From Sphingomonadaceae bacterium (GTDB taxonomy: Bacteria; Pseudomonadota; Alphaproteobacteria; Sphingomonadales; Sphingomonadaceae), in the NCBI GenBank assembly GCA_046348605.1, contig JAXMDW010000001.1, forward strand, positions 712,739 to 776,738: DNA of 64,000 bases. Direction: 5' to 3'. Shown here piece after piece: positions 19,394-29,957 of this stretch. The notes under the pieces were generated by a model that searched no databases, was not told the DNA's origin, and was given only the letters and a program-made list of their open reading frames with translations. Both the position numbers and the translations under genes were made by a program. The stretch's first letter is position 1. Every line of letters begins with the position of its first letter.

Positions 19394-19481
19394 TTTTCGA
19401 GTCCTCCAGTGTATCGGTAGCAGTCCTTACTTCATCCAAGTCTGAAACGCGACGGTTGGCGTCCGACCCAATTTCCCACAC

Positions 19482-19508
19482 AAAAAAGGGCGCCGCATCG
19501 GGCGCCCT
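19482..19508 (-). terminator. Rho-independent terminator of rpmE
   Basis: AGGGCGCC/GGCGCCCT stem followed by T6 on the minus strand. Confidence 0.85.
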
Positions 19509-19534
19509 CCTCGTATCTGCTCTCGCTAAAACGC

Positions 19535-19759
19535 TTACTTCTTGAGCGTAAGCCCGCCGAAGCGCTTGTTGAAGCGGGCAACCTGACCACCCTGGTCGAT
19601 GTTGCGCTGGCCGCCGGTCCATGCCGGGTGCGACTTGGGATCGATGTCGAGCGCCAGCGTGTCGCCTTCCTTGCCCCAGGTCGAGCGGGTCTTGAAGGTG
19701 GTGCCGTCGGTCATCTGCACCGTGATGAAATGGTAATCGGGGTGGGTATCTTGCTTCAT
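19535..19759 (-). CDS. rpmE: 50S ribosomal protein L31 (zinc-free type)
   Basis: MKQDTHPDY...RSTWG...[12 protein letters not shown]...RFNKRF; no cysteines. Confidence 0.95.
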   Translation of the reverse strand: MKQDTHPDYHFITVQMTDGTTFKTRSTWGKEGDTLALDIDPKSHPAWTGGQRNIDQGGQVARFNKRFGGLTLKK

Positions 19760-19867
19760 ATTCTGCTCCATAAGTGGCCGGTTCCGACCGGCCTCAAGCG
19801 TCGTAAATTAAAAACGAAGCGCCGCCATTAGCGGGCGACGCCCTGAAAGGCAAGGAAATAGAAAGCC

Positions 19868-20350
19868 TCAGTCTTTTGGCGGATCCGAAATCATTGCGAC
19901 ACAATGCGCCTCGGCACAGAGCTTGCCATCGACCATCGCCTTGCCGGAGAATTTGCAGATCGCGCCGCGCACCTGCGTGAACTCGACATGGAAATCGACA
20001 AGGCAGCCCGGCTCGATCGGCGCGCGGAATTTCGCGCCCTCTATGCCCATGAAATAGACGAGCTTGCCGGTGCCGGAGAGGCCCAGCGATTCCACCGCCA
20101 AAATTCCCGCTGCCTGCGCGATCGCCTCGACGATCAGCACGCCGGGCATGATTGGGCGGCTTGGAAAATGGCCTTGGAAAAACGGCTCGTTCACCGAAAC
20201 CGCCTTCACCGCATGGATCGACGTGCTAGGCACCATCGAAACCACGCGGTCGATCAGCAGCATCGGATAGCGATGCGGCAGTGCGGCCATCACGGCGCGG
20301 ATATCCATCGGACCCCGCGCCGTGTTTTCAGTATTACCCCCTTCGCTCAT
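19868..20350 (-). CDS. fabZ: 3-hydroxyacyl-ACP dehydratase
   Basis: [34 protein letters not shown]; start at ATG 20350. Confidence 0.95.
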   Translation of the reverse strand: MSEGGNTENTARGPMDIRAVMAALPHRYPMLLIDRVVSMVPSTSIHAVKAVSVNEPFFQGHFPSRPIMPGVLIVEAIAQAAGILAVESLGLSGTGKLVYFMGIEGAKFRAPIEPGCLVDFHVEFTQVRGAICKFSGKAMVDGKLCAEAHCVAMISDPPKD

Positions 20351-20357
20351 CGTCGGC

Positions 20358-21005
20358 TTAGCGTCCGGTCGGCTGAGCGGAAGCGGCGGGCGCGGCAGCA
20401 GCCGGTGCGGCCTGCTGCTGACCCGGCTGCCAACCAGCAGGCGGAACGATGCCAACAGCCGGAACGAGGGCATTCAGTTCGGTCACGACCATCGTGGTGA
20501 TATCCACGGTAGGCGCGTAAGAGACGGTCGCATCCGGCGTCAGCACCAGATCGACATTGGCCTTCTTCATCGCGTTCTTGAGTGCATCACCAAGCTTCGC
20601 GCTGATCTGCTCCTCGACATAGGCATTGGCGAGCGCCAGCGGCTGGCCGAGGCGCTGCATCTCGGTCTGTGCCTCCTGCTGACGCTTTTGCAGCGCTTCA
20701 TACTGCGCCTGCAACGCCGGTGTGGGCTTGCCAGCTGCTGCCTTGGCTGCCGTCTGGAGCGCTTCGCCCTTGGTCTTCAGCTCCGCCTCCAGAGCGGTTT
20801 TGCGCGTATTGAGGCTATCGATGGTGGCCTTGTACGTCACCTGCATCTGGCTGCGCGCGGTCGTCGCGGCGGAGCTGGTGCCGACGGCCTGCTCGAGATT
20901 GACGACAGCGATGCCGAGCTTTGACTGTGCCGATGCGGGAGCCGCAACGGAAAGCGCAGCAGTGGAAAGGCTCGCAAGCGCGAGCGCCTTGAAAATGGTC
21001 TTCAT
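20358..21005 (-). CDS. skp: OmpH/Skp periplasmic chaperone
   Basis: Signal peptide, IAVVN, long coiled coil, DIT..V; located between bamA and fabZ. Confidence 0.85.
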   Translation of the reverse strand: MKTIFKALALASLSTAALSVAAPASAQSKLGIAVVNLEQAVGTSSAATTARSQMQVTYKATIDSLNTRKTALEAELKTKGEALQTAAKAAAGKPTPALQAQYEALQKRQQEAQTEMQRLGQPLALANAYVEEQISAKLGDALKNAMKKANVDLVLTPDATVSYAPTVDITTMVVTELNALVPAVGIVPPAGWQPGQQQAAPAAAAPAASAQPTGR

Positions 21006-23740
21006 CAGAATTGGGTTCCTATGTTGAAAGTGATGAGTTTGGTATCGTCCCCTGATTGCTTCAGTAGCGCCTTGGCGATGTCGATGCGGAACGGCCCGAA
21101 AGGCGAGTTCCAGTTCACACCGAAGCCGATAGAGAGGCGCGGAGAGAGGCTGTTGCCGACATATCTTTCTTCGAAAGCCGTACCGATACCATAGGTCGAT
21201 GTAGTTTCAGTCGTGCCGCCACTTCCGTTACTTACAGGCGCTACAGCATATGTCGAACACAAGGTCGAGGCTTGAGCTTTCTGAGTAGGCAGTGGGCTAG
21301 ATGAAGTCGTTTTTCCTGTCGAATCTTTCACGACAGTTGCAATCGAGCAATAGCCCTGAAAATTGCTAGTCCTTGGACTCTTGATCTTTCCTACTGCACC
21401 AAAATCCATGAAAATCGAAGGACGCAGACCCATTTCACGCGCACCGGCACCCAACGGAATCTCGATCTCGGCATGGCCGAGATAATAGAGACGCCCACCA
21501 AGAGCATCGTCAGTCTTTTGGCCGCTTCCGGTGAATACGCCATTCGTGTCATAGCTTCCGAATTCACGGATGACACGAGGACCAACGCCACGAATGTCAA
21601 ATCCACGCAGCTGAGGCTCACCGAGGAAGAAACGGTCGGTCAGGCGCACCTTGTCGATGGCATAGAGCTGGTTGTTGACAGTATCGAGACCATAACGCTG
21701 CTTGCCCAGGCCCATGATGTAGCCCGCTTCGCCAGTCAGGCTGAGGACGAAACTGCCGCCAAGGCTGATCCACTGTCCGCCATTCACCCGCGAGCGCAGA
21801 TATTTGACGCTGCCGCCCAGCCCGGCGAAATCCTGGCTGAAGGAGAAATTGCGGCCGCGCGTCGGGCGGATGCGGTTGTCGCGATTGTCATAGATAAACG
21901 AATAACCGACAGACGAGGTCGTCCGCTTGCCGATCGCATCGCAGAGATAGCGGCCTGCGAGCAGCTGATCGCACTGGTCGTTCGCGCTGTTGCCCGGAAT
22001 CCCGTCATTATTAAGGTCGGTATAGTAAGTGCTCTTGTCCAACGAGACATCGTCAAAGTTGAGGCTGTAACGCAGCGCCAGCGAGGTATATTCCGTCAGC
22101 GGAACACCCGCGCGAACCTGCGTACCGGTCGTCACCTGCTGATAGGTGCGGTTGCGGTCATTATTGTTCAAGTAGCGGAAGCTGTTCTGGTCGCGGCGAT
22201 AGATGTCGCCACCCAGCGCGATATTCTTGTCGAACAGATAAGGCTCTGTGAAGCCGACGCTGACCGATTTGGAATATTTGGAATAATCGACGCTGGTCGA
22301 GAGCTCCTGCCCCTTGCCGCGGAAGTTGCGTTGGGTGACGGAAGCCGAGAAGATGATCCGCTCAAGGCTGGAATAACCTGCGGACAGAGACAGTTCACCG
22401 GTCGATTTTTCCTCGACATTGGTTTCGAGCACGATGCGATCCGGCGCGGAGCCGGGCTTCTGCTCGACATCGAGCTTGTCCTGGAAGAAGCCGAGCGAGC
22501 GGATGCGGTCCTTCGAGCGCTTGACCTGGAAGCTGTTGAATGCGTCCCCTTCGGCAAGGCGGAACTCGCGGCGAACAACCTTGTCCTGCGTCAGCGTATT
22601 GCCGTTGATGTCGACCCGCTCGACATAAACGCGCGGCGCGTTGTTGATGCGGAAGGTGATCCCCATAGTGCGCGCATCCTTGTTGCGCTGGAAATCGGGA
22701 TCGACATTGGCGAACGCATAGCCGAACAGACCGGCCGTCTCGCTCAGCTGATCGACGGTATCCTCGACGCGCTTGGCGTTATACCACTCGTCCTTGTGCA
22801 TCGGCAGCATCGCGGTCAACCGCTCACCGGAAAGGTCACGGATGTCGCTCTCTACCTTCACGTCGCCGAATTTATAGCGTTCCCCTTCCTCGACCACATA
22901 GGTGATGATGAAGTCCTGCTTGTCCGGCGTCAGCTCGGCCACTGCGGATACGACGCGGAAATCGGCATAACCCTGTGTCAGGTAGAACTGGCGCAGCTTC
23001 TGCTGGTCATAGGCCATGCGATCCGGGTCATAGCTGGTACCGGAGGAAAACAGCCGGGTGAAGCGCGCCTGCTTGGTCGCCATCTCGCCGCGCAGCTTGC
23101 CGTCGGAGAATTTGTCGTTGCCGATGATATTGATCTGGCGGACCTTCGATTTCGGCCCTTCAACAATCTCGAACACGATATCGACGCGGTTCTGGTCCAG
23201 CTTCACCATCTTCGGATCGACGGTGGCGGCAAAGCGGCCCTGACGGCGATACAGCTCGATGATGCGGGCGACGTCCGCGCGCACCTTGGAGCGCGTATAA
23301 ATCTCGCGCGGTGCCATCTTGATCTCGGGACGGATCTTGTCTTCCTTGACCCGCTTGTTGCCCTCCAGCACGATACGGTTGATGACAGGATTTTCCGTGA
23401 CAATAACCGTCAACGCTCCCGCATTGTCGCGGATCTGCACGTCGGCGAAGAGTTCCGTCTCGTAAAGATCACGCAGGGCGCTGTCGAGCGATTCGCGCGT
23501 ATAGGCCGCGCCGACGCGCAGCTTGGTGTAGGAGAGGATCGTCTCCGCTTCCAGGCGCTGGCTACCTTCAACAGTGATGGAACCGATCGTCGTTACAGCA
23601 GGTGCGGGCGTCGCTACAGGAGTAACGGCGGGCGCCGTCGTGGCAACCTGCGCGACCGCATTTACGGGGGCGGCCAGCACGATACCGCCGAGGATGGTTC
23701 CCGCCAGCAGAGCCTTGGCTGTGTCTCTCTTTAGTGTCAC
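21005..23740 (-). CDS. bamA: Outer membrane protein assembly factor BamA
   Basis: POTRA repeats, LRGF loop-6 motif, WNSPFGP, C-terminal Phe. Probable GTG start at 23740 or 23746. Confidence 0.97.
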   Translation of the reverse strand: MTLKRDTAKALLAGTILGGIVLAAPVNAVAQVATTAPAVTPVATPAPAVTTIGSITVEGSQRLEAETILSYTKLRVGAAYTRESLDSALRDLYETELFADVQIRDNAGALTVIVTENPVINRIVLEGNKRVKEDKIRPEIKMAPREIYTRSKVRADVARIIELYRRQGRFAATVDPKMVKLDQNRVDIVFEIVEGPKSKVRQINIIGNDKFSDGKLRGEMATKQARFTRLFSSGTSYDPDRMAYDQQKLRQFYLTQGYADFRVVSAVAELTPDKQDFIITYVVEEGERYKFGDVKVESDIRDLSGERLTAMLPMHKDEWYNAKRVEDTVDQLSETAGLFGYAFANVDPDFQRNKDARTMGITFRINNAPRVYVERVDINGNTLTQDKVVRREFRLAEGDAFNSFQVKRSKDRIRSLGFFQDKLDVEQKPGSAPDRIVLETNVEEKSTGELSLSAGYSSLERIIFSASVTQRNFRGKGQELSTSVDYSKYSKSVSVGFTEPYLFDKNIALGGDIYRRDQNSFRYLNNNDRNRTYQQVTTGTQVRAGVPLTEYTSLALRYSLNFDDVSLDKSTYYTDLNNDGIPGNSANDQCDQLLAGRYLCDAIGKRTTSSVGYSFIYDNRDNRIRPTRGRNFSFSQDFAGLGGSVKYLRSRVNGGQWISLGGSFVLSLTGEAGYIMGLGKQRYGLDTVNNQLYAIDKVRLTDRFFLGEPQLRGFDIRGVGPRVIREFGSYDTNGVFTGSGQKTDDALGGRLYYLGHAEIEIPLGAGAREMGLRPSIFMDFGAVGKIKSPRTSNFQGYCSIATVVKDSTGKTTSSSPLPTQKAQASTLCSTYAVAPVSNGSGGTTETTSTYGIGTAFEERYVGNSLSPRLSIGFGVNWNSPFGPFRIDIAKALLKQSGDDTKLITFNIGTQF

Positions 23741-23798
23741 GCTCACCCCTAATCCTGTCCTGATCCGTATTTCGCCCGCATGCACTGCCCGATAACAG

Positions 23799-24929
23799 TC
23801 AGCCAATCAAGCGCGAGAGGCTTTTCCACAGCCCGAAAGAGCCTAAATCGTTAATCGTCACCAGCAGCATGAGGCACAGCAGCAGGGCGAGGCCCGACCG
23901 ATAGGCCCAATCCAGCACCTGCGGGCTGACCGGCCGCCGCTGCACCGCCTCGACGGCGTAAAAAAGCAAATGTCCACCATCCAGCATGGGGATTGGCAAC
24001 AGGTTGATGAACCCCAAGTTAATCGAGATCAAAGCCATGAAAAACAGGAAGCTCGGCACGCCCATCATCGCCGCCTGTCCTGAGATGTCGGCGATCTTCA
24101 GCGGTCCACCCATTTCCGTGACCGGGCGGCGGCCCATGATGATCTGGCCCATGCCATCGAGGCCGGTGCGAGTCACCTCAATCGCCTGCTTGACGCCAAC
24201 AGCGGGCGCTTCGAGCAGGCCTACCGGCTTCAGTTTGACCGCATTTGTGCCAACGCCGAGCAGTCCGATGCGATAGACATTGCCAAAGCGATCCTTTTCG
24301 ATCCGCTCACCGGTGGTAATATCCTGCTCGAACCGCTCGCCATTGCGCTCGATCTCATAGGAGAGAAGCTCGCCGGGGCGCAGGCTGACGATCGCAGAAA
24401 TATCGCGGAAATCCTCAATATCCCGGTCCATGATGCGGATAACACGATCGCCCACCTTGAGGCCAGCCTTCTCTGCCGCGCTGCCTGCCGCAATGCGCCC
24501 GATCACCGGTTCGCTCACCGGCGTGCCATAGGTCATCGCAAGGCCGGAGAGGATCACTACCGCAAATGCCAGATTGATGAACGGCCCAGCGGCGACAATC
24601 GCCATGCGCTGCCACACCGATTTCGCCGGAAAGCTCTGCGCGCGCTCAGCGGCGGACAATGTCAGCCACGCCGGGTCCGTCTGGCTCGCAACGCCCATGT
24701 CGCCCGCGAATTTCACGTAGCCGCCCAGAGGCAGCGCCGCGATGCGCCAGCGTGTGCCGCGCTTGTCAACCCATCCAGCGATCTCTGGCCCGAAGCCGAT
24801 CGAGAATATATCCGCGCGCACACCGCACCAGCGCGCGACCAGATAATGCCCCATCTCGTGCACGAACACGAGCGGGCCGATCACAGCGACGAAGGCCAGC
24901 ACGGTCATCAGGAAACCGGGGGAAGACAT
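23799..24929 (-). CDS. rseP: RIP metalloprotease RseP
   Basis: HEMGH, PDZ domain, NLLPIPMLDGG. Confidence 0.95.
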   Translation of the reverse strand: MSSPGFLMTVLAFVAVIGPLVFVHEMGHYLVARWCGVRADIFSIGFGPEIAGWVDKRGTRWRIAALPLGGYVKFAGDMGVASQTDPAWLTLSAAERAQSFPAKSVWQRMAIVAAGPFINLAFAVVILSGLAMTYGTPVSEPVIGRIAAGSAAEKAGLKVGDRVIRIMDRDIEDFRDISAIVSLRPGELLSYEIERNGERFEQDITTGERIEKDRFGNVYRIGLLGVGTNAVKLKPVGLLEAPAVGVKQAIEVTRTGLDGMGQIIMGRRPVTEMGGPLKIADISGQAAMMGVPSFLFFMALISINLGFINLLPIPMLDGGHLLFYAVEAVQRRPVSPQVLDWAYRSGLALLLCLMLLVTINDLGSFGLWKSLSRLIG

Positions 24930-26098
24930 CAGGCTTTCACACTCTCCATCATGCGGACCGCGAGGTCTCGCGCAGCCCGGTCTATCTCCAGCACATCGCC
25001 AATCGAGCGCGGGCCGCCGCCGCTATAGCCGGAGAGCGCGCGCTCAACAATGCTTGCAATGTCGAGAAACCCGATCTTCCGGGCGAGAAACGCGGCAACA
25101 GCGACTTCATTGGCAGCGTTCAGCACGGCGGGCATCGCTCCCCCCGCCTCCCCCGCCTCGCGCGCGAGGCGCAAAGCCGGGAAACGCGCCTCATCCGGCT
25201 TGTCAAAATCGAGCCTGCCGATGCTGGCGAGATCGAGCGGCGCGCTCGGCCCCTCCATGCGCTGCGGCCAGGCGAGCGCATGCGCGATCGGGATGCGCAT
25301 ATCCGGCGAACCGAGCTGCGCCAGTGTCGAGCGGTCCTGATATTCGACCATGCTGTGGATCACCGATTGCGGGTGCACGAGGATCTCGATCCTGTCCAAC
25401 CCGACCGGAAACAGATGCCCGGCCTCGATCAGCTCCAGCCCCTTGTTCATCATCGTCGCGCTGTCGACGCTGATCTTTGCGCCCATCGACCAGTTGGGAT
25501 GCTTCACCGCCTGCTCCGGCGTGACCAGAGACATCTGCTCCTTCAGCATCATGCGAAACGGGCCGCCGCTCGCCGTCAGGATGATGCGGCGCACCTGCCC
25601 AAAGTCGGCGCCCGCAAGGCACTGGAAAATCGCATTGTGCTCGCTGTCCACCGGCAGCAATGTCGCACCAGACGATCGCGCCGCGTCCATCATCAGCGAA
25701 CCGGCGGATACCAGCGACTCCTTGTTGGCGAGCGCAACCGTCTTACCGCACTCCAGCGCGGCGAGGGTAGGCTCCAGCCCAGCACAGCCGACGATAGCGG
25801 CCATCGTCCAGTCCGCGCCTAGCCTCGCAGCCTCCACCAGAGCCTTTGCACCGGCAGCCGCCTCCACTCCCGAACCGGCGAGGGCCAGCTTCAGCGCGTC
25901 ATAATGGCTTTCGTCAGCAATAACCGCGACCTGCGCGCCGTGCTCTATCGCGAGCTGCGCCAGCCCTTGCGGGTCACTGTTGGCGGTGAGCGCCAGAACC
26001 CGATACGCATCCGGATCGCGACCGATGAGATCAAGCGTCGACGCACCAATAGAGCCAGTCGCGCCCAATACAGAGATGCTACGGCATGCGTCGCTCAC
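24929..26098 (-). CDS. dxr: 1-deoxy-D-xylulose-5-phosphate reductoisomerase
   Basis: LGATGSIG, LANKES, PVDSEH, HPNWSMG, NKGLE. Confidence 0.97.
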   Translation of the reverse strand: MSDACRSISVLGATGSIGASTLDLIGRDPDAYRVLALTANSDPQGLAQLAIEHGAQVAVIADESHYDALKLALAGSGVEAAAGAKALVEAARLGADWTMAAIVGCAGLEPTLAALECGKTVALANKESLVSAGSLMMDAARSSGATLLPVDSEHNAIFQCLAGADFGQVRRIILTASGGPFRMMLKEQMSLVTPEQAVKHPNWSMGAKISVDSATMMNKGLELIEAGHLFPVGLDRIEILVHPQSVIHSMVEYQDRSTLAQLGSPDMRIPIAHALAWPQRMEGPSAPLDLASIGRLDFDKPDEARFPALRLAREAGEAGGAMPAVLNAANEVAVAAFLARKIGFLDIASIVERALSGYSGGGPRSIGDVLEIDRAARDLAVRMMESVKA

Positions 26099-26814
26099 AA
26101 TAAGACCAGTTCCGTAAATATACCCGCAGCGATCGCGACCGGCAGCAGGCCATCCAGCCTGTCGAACAGTCCTCCATGCCCTGGAATGAGTGCGCCGCTA
26201 TCCTTCACGCCCGCACGGCGCTTCATCCAGCTTTCGAAGAAATCCCCGCACTGCGCCAAAATCGCAAGCGTCAGGCCCGCCAATATCATCATGAACAATG
26301 TATGCGGATATTGCACGATGACGTTCAGAATCGGGTCCGGCCCCTCTATCAGCGAGGACTTCGATTTGACAAACGCCACCAGCATCACCAGCGCCGCATA
26401 GATCATGCCGCCATAAAGTCCCGCCCAGGTCTTGGACGGGCTGATCTCCGGCGCGATCTTCGCACCGCCAAACTTCCGGCCTGCAAAATAGGCGCCAGTA
26501 TCGGTCGCGATCACCACCAGAACCACGAGCCAGCGCAGCTCAGGCGGCGAGATTAGCAGGCCAAAACACGCAGCGCCGATATAGAGTAGGCCACTCGCCA
26601 TCCAAAGCAGCCTCTCTCCGATGGGGAGGTTCATTTTGCGGACTAGACCCCAAAATTCCCACAGCAGACCTGCCGCAATCGTCCATATAAAAAGGGCGAG
26701 CCACGGCCCGCCAACCCATAACGCCGTACCCGCCACCGCAACCATCACGACGGCGGATATGACCCGTGTCACAAGGTCCGATTTCTGTGCGGAAGCAGCC
26801 TGATCCGTCATCAA
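26095..26814 (-). CDS. cdsA: Phosphatidate cytidylyltransferase
   Basis: [38 protein letters not shown]. Confidence 0.95.
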   Translation of the reverse strand: MMTDQAASAQKSDLVTRVISAVVMVAVAGTALWVGGPWLALFIWTIAAGLLWEFWGLVRKMNLPIGERLLWMASGLLYIGAACFGLLISPPELRWLVVLVVIATDTGAYFAGRKFGGAKIAPEISPSKTWAGLYGGMIYAALVMLVAFVKSKSSLIEGPDPILNVIVQYPHTLFMMILAGLTLAILAQCGDFFESWMKRRAGVKDSGALIPGHGGLFDRLDGLLPVAIAAGIFTELVLL

Positions 26815-27530
26815 AGGCCGCCGTAACGCCGCTCGCGCGCCGAGAAATTTTCCAGCGCGGCTTCCAGCGCCTTCCTGTCAAAATCCGGCCAGAGCGTGTT
26901 CGTGAAATACAGCTCCGCATAGGCCGCCTGCCACAGCAGAAAATTGGAGAGGCGCACCTCACCCGATGTGCGGATCAGCAAATCGAGCGGCGGCAGGCCC
27001 GCCGTATCGAGCTCCGCCTCAATGGATTGTGGCGTTATCGGACCTTTTTCAGCCGCCTTGGCAGCAGCCCGTGCAAGCTCGTCCTGCGCACCGTAATTGA
27101 GCGCGATAACCAGCGTGCATGCGGTGTTGTTTTTGGTCTTCTCCAGCGCGCTTTCGATCAACTCGACCGCCTCGCTGTCAAAAGCGCGGTAATCGCCGAT
27201 GATCTTGAGGCGCACGCCATTGCTATGAAACTCATCGAGGTCGGCGCGGATGAAATGCTTCATTAGGCCGGTAAGATCGGAAACCTCTTGCTCGGGCCGC
27301 TTCCAGTTCTCCGAGGAAAAGGCATAGAGCGTCAGGCACTCCAGCCCCAGATCCTGCGCCGCGCGGACGATCTTGCGCACCGTGTCGACGCCCGCCTTGT
27401 GTCCGGCTGCGCGCGGTAGAAAACGCTTTTTCGCCCAGCGACCATTGCCATCCATGATGATGGCGACGTGACGGGGGCCGGAAGACTCCGGGCCAGAAGA
27501 GGCAGAAGCTGGTGCGGCTTTACTGGCCAA
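26811..27530 (-). CDS. uppS: Undecaprenyl diphosphate synthase
   Basis: [34 protein letters not shown]. Probable TTG start at 27530 overlapping the frr end. Confidence 0.95.
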   Translation of the reverse strand: MASKAAPASASSGPESSGPRHVAIIMDGNGRWAKKRFLPRAAGHKAGVDTVRKIVRAAQDLGLECLTLYAFSSENWKRPEQEVSDLTGLMKHFIRADLDEFHSNGVRLKIIGDYRAFDSEAVELIESALEKTKNNTACTLVIALNYGAQDELARAAAKAAEKGPITPQSIEAELDTAGLPPLDLLIRTSGEVRLSNFLLWQAAYAELYFTNTLWPDFDRKALEAALENFSARERRYGGL

Positions 27531-28077
27531 GGATTTCTTTTTCCTTGTGGGCCAGCGCCGCATCAATGTCGGCAATCGTCGCGTCGGTCAGCTTTTGTAC
27601 CTCGGTTTCGGAGCGCTTGCGATCGTCCTCGCTGATCTCGCCCTTCTTTTCGTCGGTCTTGAGATTGTCCATGCCATCGCGGCGAACGTTGCGGACGGCG
27701 ACACGCGCCTTCTCCGCATATTGCCCGGCGAGCTTCGCCAGCTCCTTGCGGCGCTCCTCGGTCAGGTCCGGGATCGGCAGGCGCAGCGTCTGGCCGTCGG
27801 AGATCGGGTTGAGGCCGAGGCCAGCCGAACGGATCGCCTTTTCCACCGGGGTGACGTTGCTCTTGTCCCATACCTGCACGGAGAGCATCCGCGGCTCCGG
27901 CGTGGAGACAGTCGCCACTTGGTTCAAGGGCATATGCGAGCCATAAACCTCGACCGTGACCGGATCGAGCAGCGCGACATTGGCGCGGCCAGTGCGCAGG
28001 CCGGAAAGATCGCCTTTGAGCGACTCTACCGCGCCCTTCATCCGCCGCTCGAGGTCTGCCTTGTCAAACTGGGCCAT
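27520..28077 (-). CDS. frr: Ribosome recycling factor
   Basis: [22 protein letters not shown]. Confidence 0.97.
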   Translation of the reverse strand: MAQFDKADLERRMKGAVESLKGDLSGLRTGRANVALLDPVTVEVYGSHMPLNQVATVSTPEPRMLSVQVWDKSNVTPVEKAIRSAGLGLNPISDGQTLRLPIPDLTEERRKELAKLAGQYAEKARVAVRNVRRDGMDNLKTDEKKGEISEDDRKRSETEVQKLTDATIADIDAALAHKEKEILGQ

Positions 28078-28100
28078 TTCGCTCTCCTTATAATCTCAAA

Positions 28101-28835
28101 TCAGGCTGCTTGCGTTTCCGCCGCGCCGACGATGGTGGCAACACCCTCCCCGCTCAGCACGCGCGCAAGATTGCCGGTTTCGCGGATGTTGAACACCACG
28201 ATTGGGATATTGTTCTCGCGGCATAATGCGACGGCAGAGGCATCCATAACCTTGAGATTGTCATTCAAAACCCGGTCAAAAGATACTGATTCATAACGCT
28301 TTGCTGACATTACCTTCTTCGGATCGGCATCGTAGACGCCATCCACCGAAGTACCCTTGTAGAGCGCGTCGCAGCCCATTTCGGCGGCGCGTAACGCGGC
28401 GGCGGTGTCGGTGGTGAAGAAAGGGTTGCCGGTTCCTGCTGCAAAAATGACGATCCGCCCCTTTTCCATATGCCGCACAGCTCGGCGGCGAATATAGGGC
28501 TCGCACACAGTTTCCATCGGGATGGCGGATTGCACGCGGGTCTGGTGCCCCATACGCTCCAGCGCATTCTGCACCGCCAAAGCGTTCATCACGGTGGCGA
28601 GCATACCCATATAATCGGCGCTGGTGCGGTCAAAGCCCTTGGCGGCCGCGGCAAGGCCACGGAAGATATTGCCTCCGCCCACGACCATGCAAATCTCGAA
28701 ACCGGCCTCCTTGGCGGCGGCGACCTCGCCCGCGATGCGATCAACCGTCGCCGGATCTATCCCGAAAGCCCCCTCGCCCATCAGCACTTCGCCGGAAAGT
28801 TTCAGCAATATACGCTTGGGTGTGGGGCGTGACAT
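28101..28835 (-). CDS. pyrH: UMP kinase
   Basis: [31 protein letters not shown]; start at ATG 28835. Confidence 0.97.
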   Translation of the reverse strand: MSRPTPKRILLKLSGEVLMGEGAFGIDPATVDRIAGEVAAAKEAGFEICMVVGGGNIFRGLAAAAKGFDRTSADYMGMLATVMNALAVQNALERMGHQTRVQSAIPMETVCEPYIRRRAVRHMEKGRIVIFAAGTGNPFFTTDTAAALRAAEMGCDALYKGTSVDGVYDADPKKVMSAKRYESVSFDRVLNDNLKVMDASAVALCRENNIPIVVFNIRETGNLARVLSGEGVATIVGAAETQAA

Positions 28836-28933
28836 AAAAGCTCGTGAATCCGCTTCAGATACAGGAATGGCGCGCACCTTAATCAGCACGCGCCATTGTG
28901 CCAAGCGCCGAGGCGCTCGAATTGCAAAATAGA

Positions 28934-29866
28934 TTAAACGCCAGCTGCGGCAGCAACCTCAGCAGCAAAATCGCTCTCTTCCTTCTCGATGCCTTCACCG
29001 AGCTGGAAGCGAACATAATCCTTGAGCGTGATCGAAGCACCCGCTTCCTTCGCCGCCTTGGCGACGACGTCAGCAATCGGGGTCTTGTTGTCGATCACGA
29101 ACAGCTGGCTGAGCAGCGCGTTCTCCTTGGCGAACTTCGCAACTGCGCCATCGACCATCTTGGCAACGATCTCGGCAGGCTTGCCGCTTTCGGCAGCCTT
29201 CTCAGCGGCAATGGCGCGCTCACGCTCCAGCATGGCAGGGTCGATCTGGTCGGCCGACAGCGCGAGCGGGAACGCAGCCGCGATGTGCATCGCAAGCTGC
29301 TTGCCGAGCGGCTGAAGCACGTCTGCCGAGGCATCACCCTCAAGCGCGACGAGAACGCCGATCTTGCCGAGGCCCGGCACGACCGCGTTGTGAACATAAT
29401 CGACGACGAGGCCATTGCTGACAGAAACCGAGCCGACGCGGCGCAGCGTCTGGTTCTCGCCGATGGTGGCGATGTTGGCGACGAGCTTCTCCGAAACCGT
29501 GCCACCGCCCGGATAATCGGCGGAAGCGAGCGCGTCGGCATCGGCAGCGCCATTCGACAGCGCCACATTGGTCACGCTGCGGACGAAATCCTGGAACTGC
29601 TCGTTCTTGGCAACGAAGTCGGTCTCACTGTTGACTTCAACCGCGACGCCCTTGGTGCCGGAGACGGCCACGCCGACCAGACCTTCAGCGGCGGTGCGGC
29701 TGGATTTCTTCTGCGCGGCGGCGAGGCCCTTGGCGCGCAGCCAATCGACAGCAGCTTCCATGTCGCCATTGGCTTCGGAGAGTGCCTTTTTGCAATCCAT
29801 CATGCCCGCGCCGGAGCGGTCACGCAGTTCCTTGACAGCGGCAGCAGTAATCTCGGCCATCATCAT
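28934..29866 (-). CDS. tsf: Elongation factor Ts
   Basis: [30 protein letters not shown]. Confidence 0.98.
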   Translation of the reverse strand: MMMAEITAAAVKELRDRSGAGMMDCKKALSEANGDMEAAVDWLRAKGLAAAQKKSSRTAAEGLVGVAVSGTKGVAVEVNSETDFVAKNEQFQDFVRSVTNVALSNGAADADALASADYPGGGTVSEKLVANIATIGENQTLRRVGSVSVSNGLVVDYVHNAVVPGLGKIGVLVALEGDASADVLQPLGKQLAMHIAAAFPLALSADQIDPAMLERERAIAAEKAAESGKPAEIVAKMVDGAVAKFAKENALLSQLFVIDNKTPIADVVAKAAKEAGASITLKDYVRFQLGEGIEKEESDFAAEVAAAAGV

Positions 29867-29897
29867 TTCCTTCAGATAGGGTTTCTAACACAAGGAC

Positions 29898-29927
29898 GGG
29901 CGCTTATCGGTTTCCCACCAAGCGCCC
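29898..29927 (-). terminator. Hairpin between rpsB and tsf (possible attenuator or stability element)
   Basis: GGGCGCTT...AAGCGCCC inverted repeat with a weak U tail. Confidence 0.45.
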
Positions 29928-29957
29928 TGCCCCGAAAATATTACAGTAAGGCGAAAC

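Noticed and set aside
23590-23700. Ala/Pro/Thr-rich quasi-repeats at the BamA N-terminus (and the Skp C-terminus)
   Set aside because: Low-complexity protein linkers, not DNA repeats or arrays.
21473-23734. 753-aa ORF antisense to bamA
   Set aside because: Shadow ORF produced by GC3-rich codon bias on the opposite strand; no motifs; fully overlaps an essential gene.
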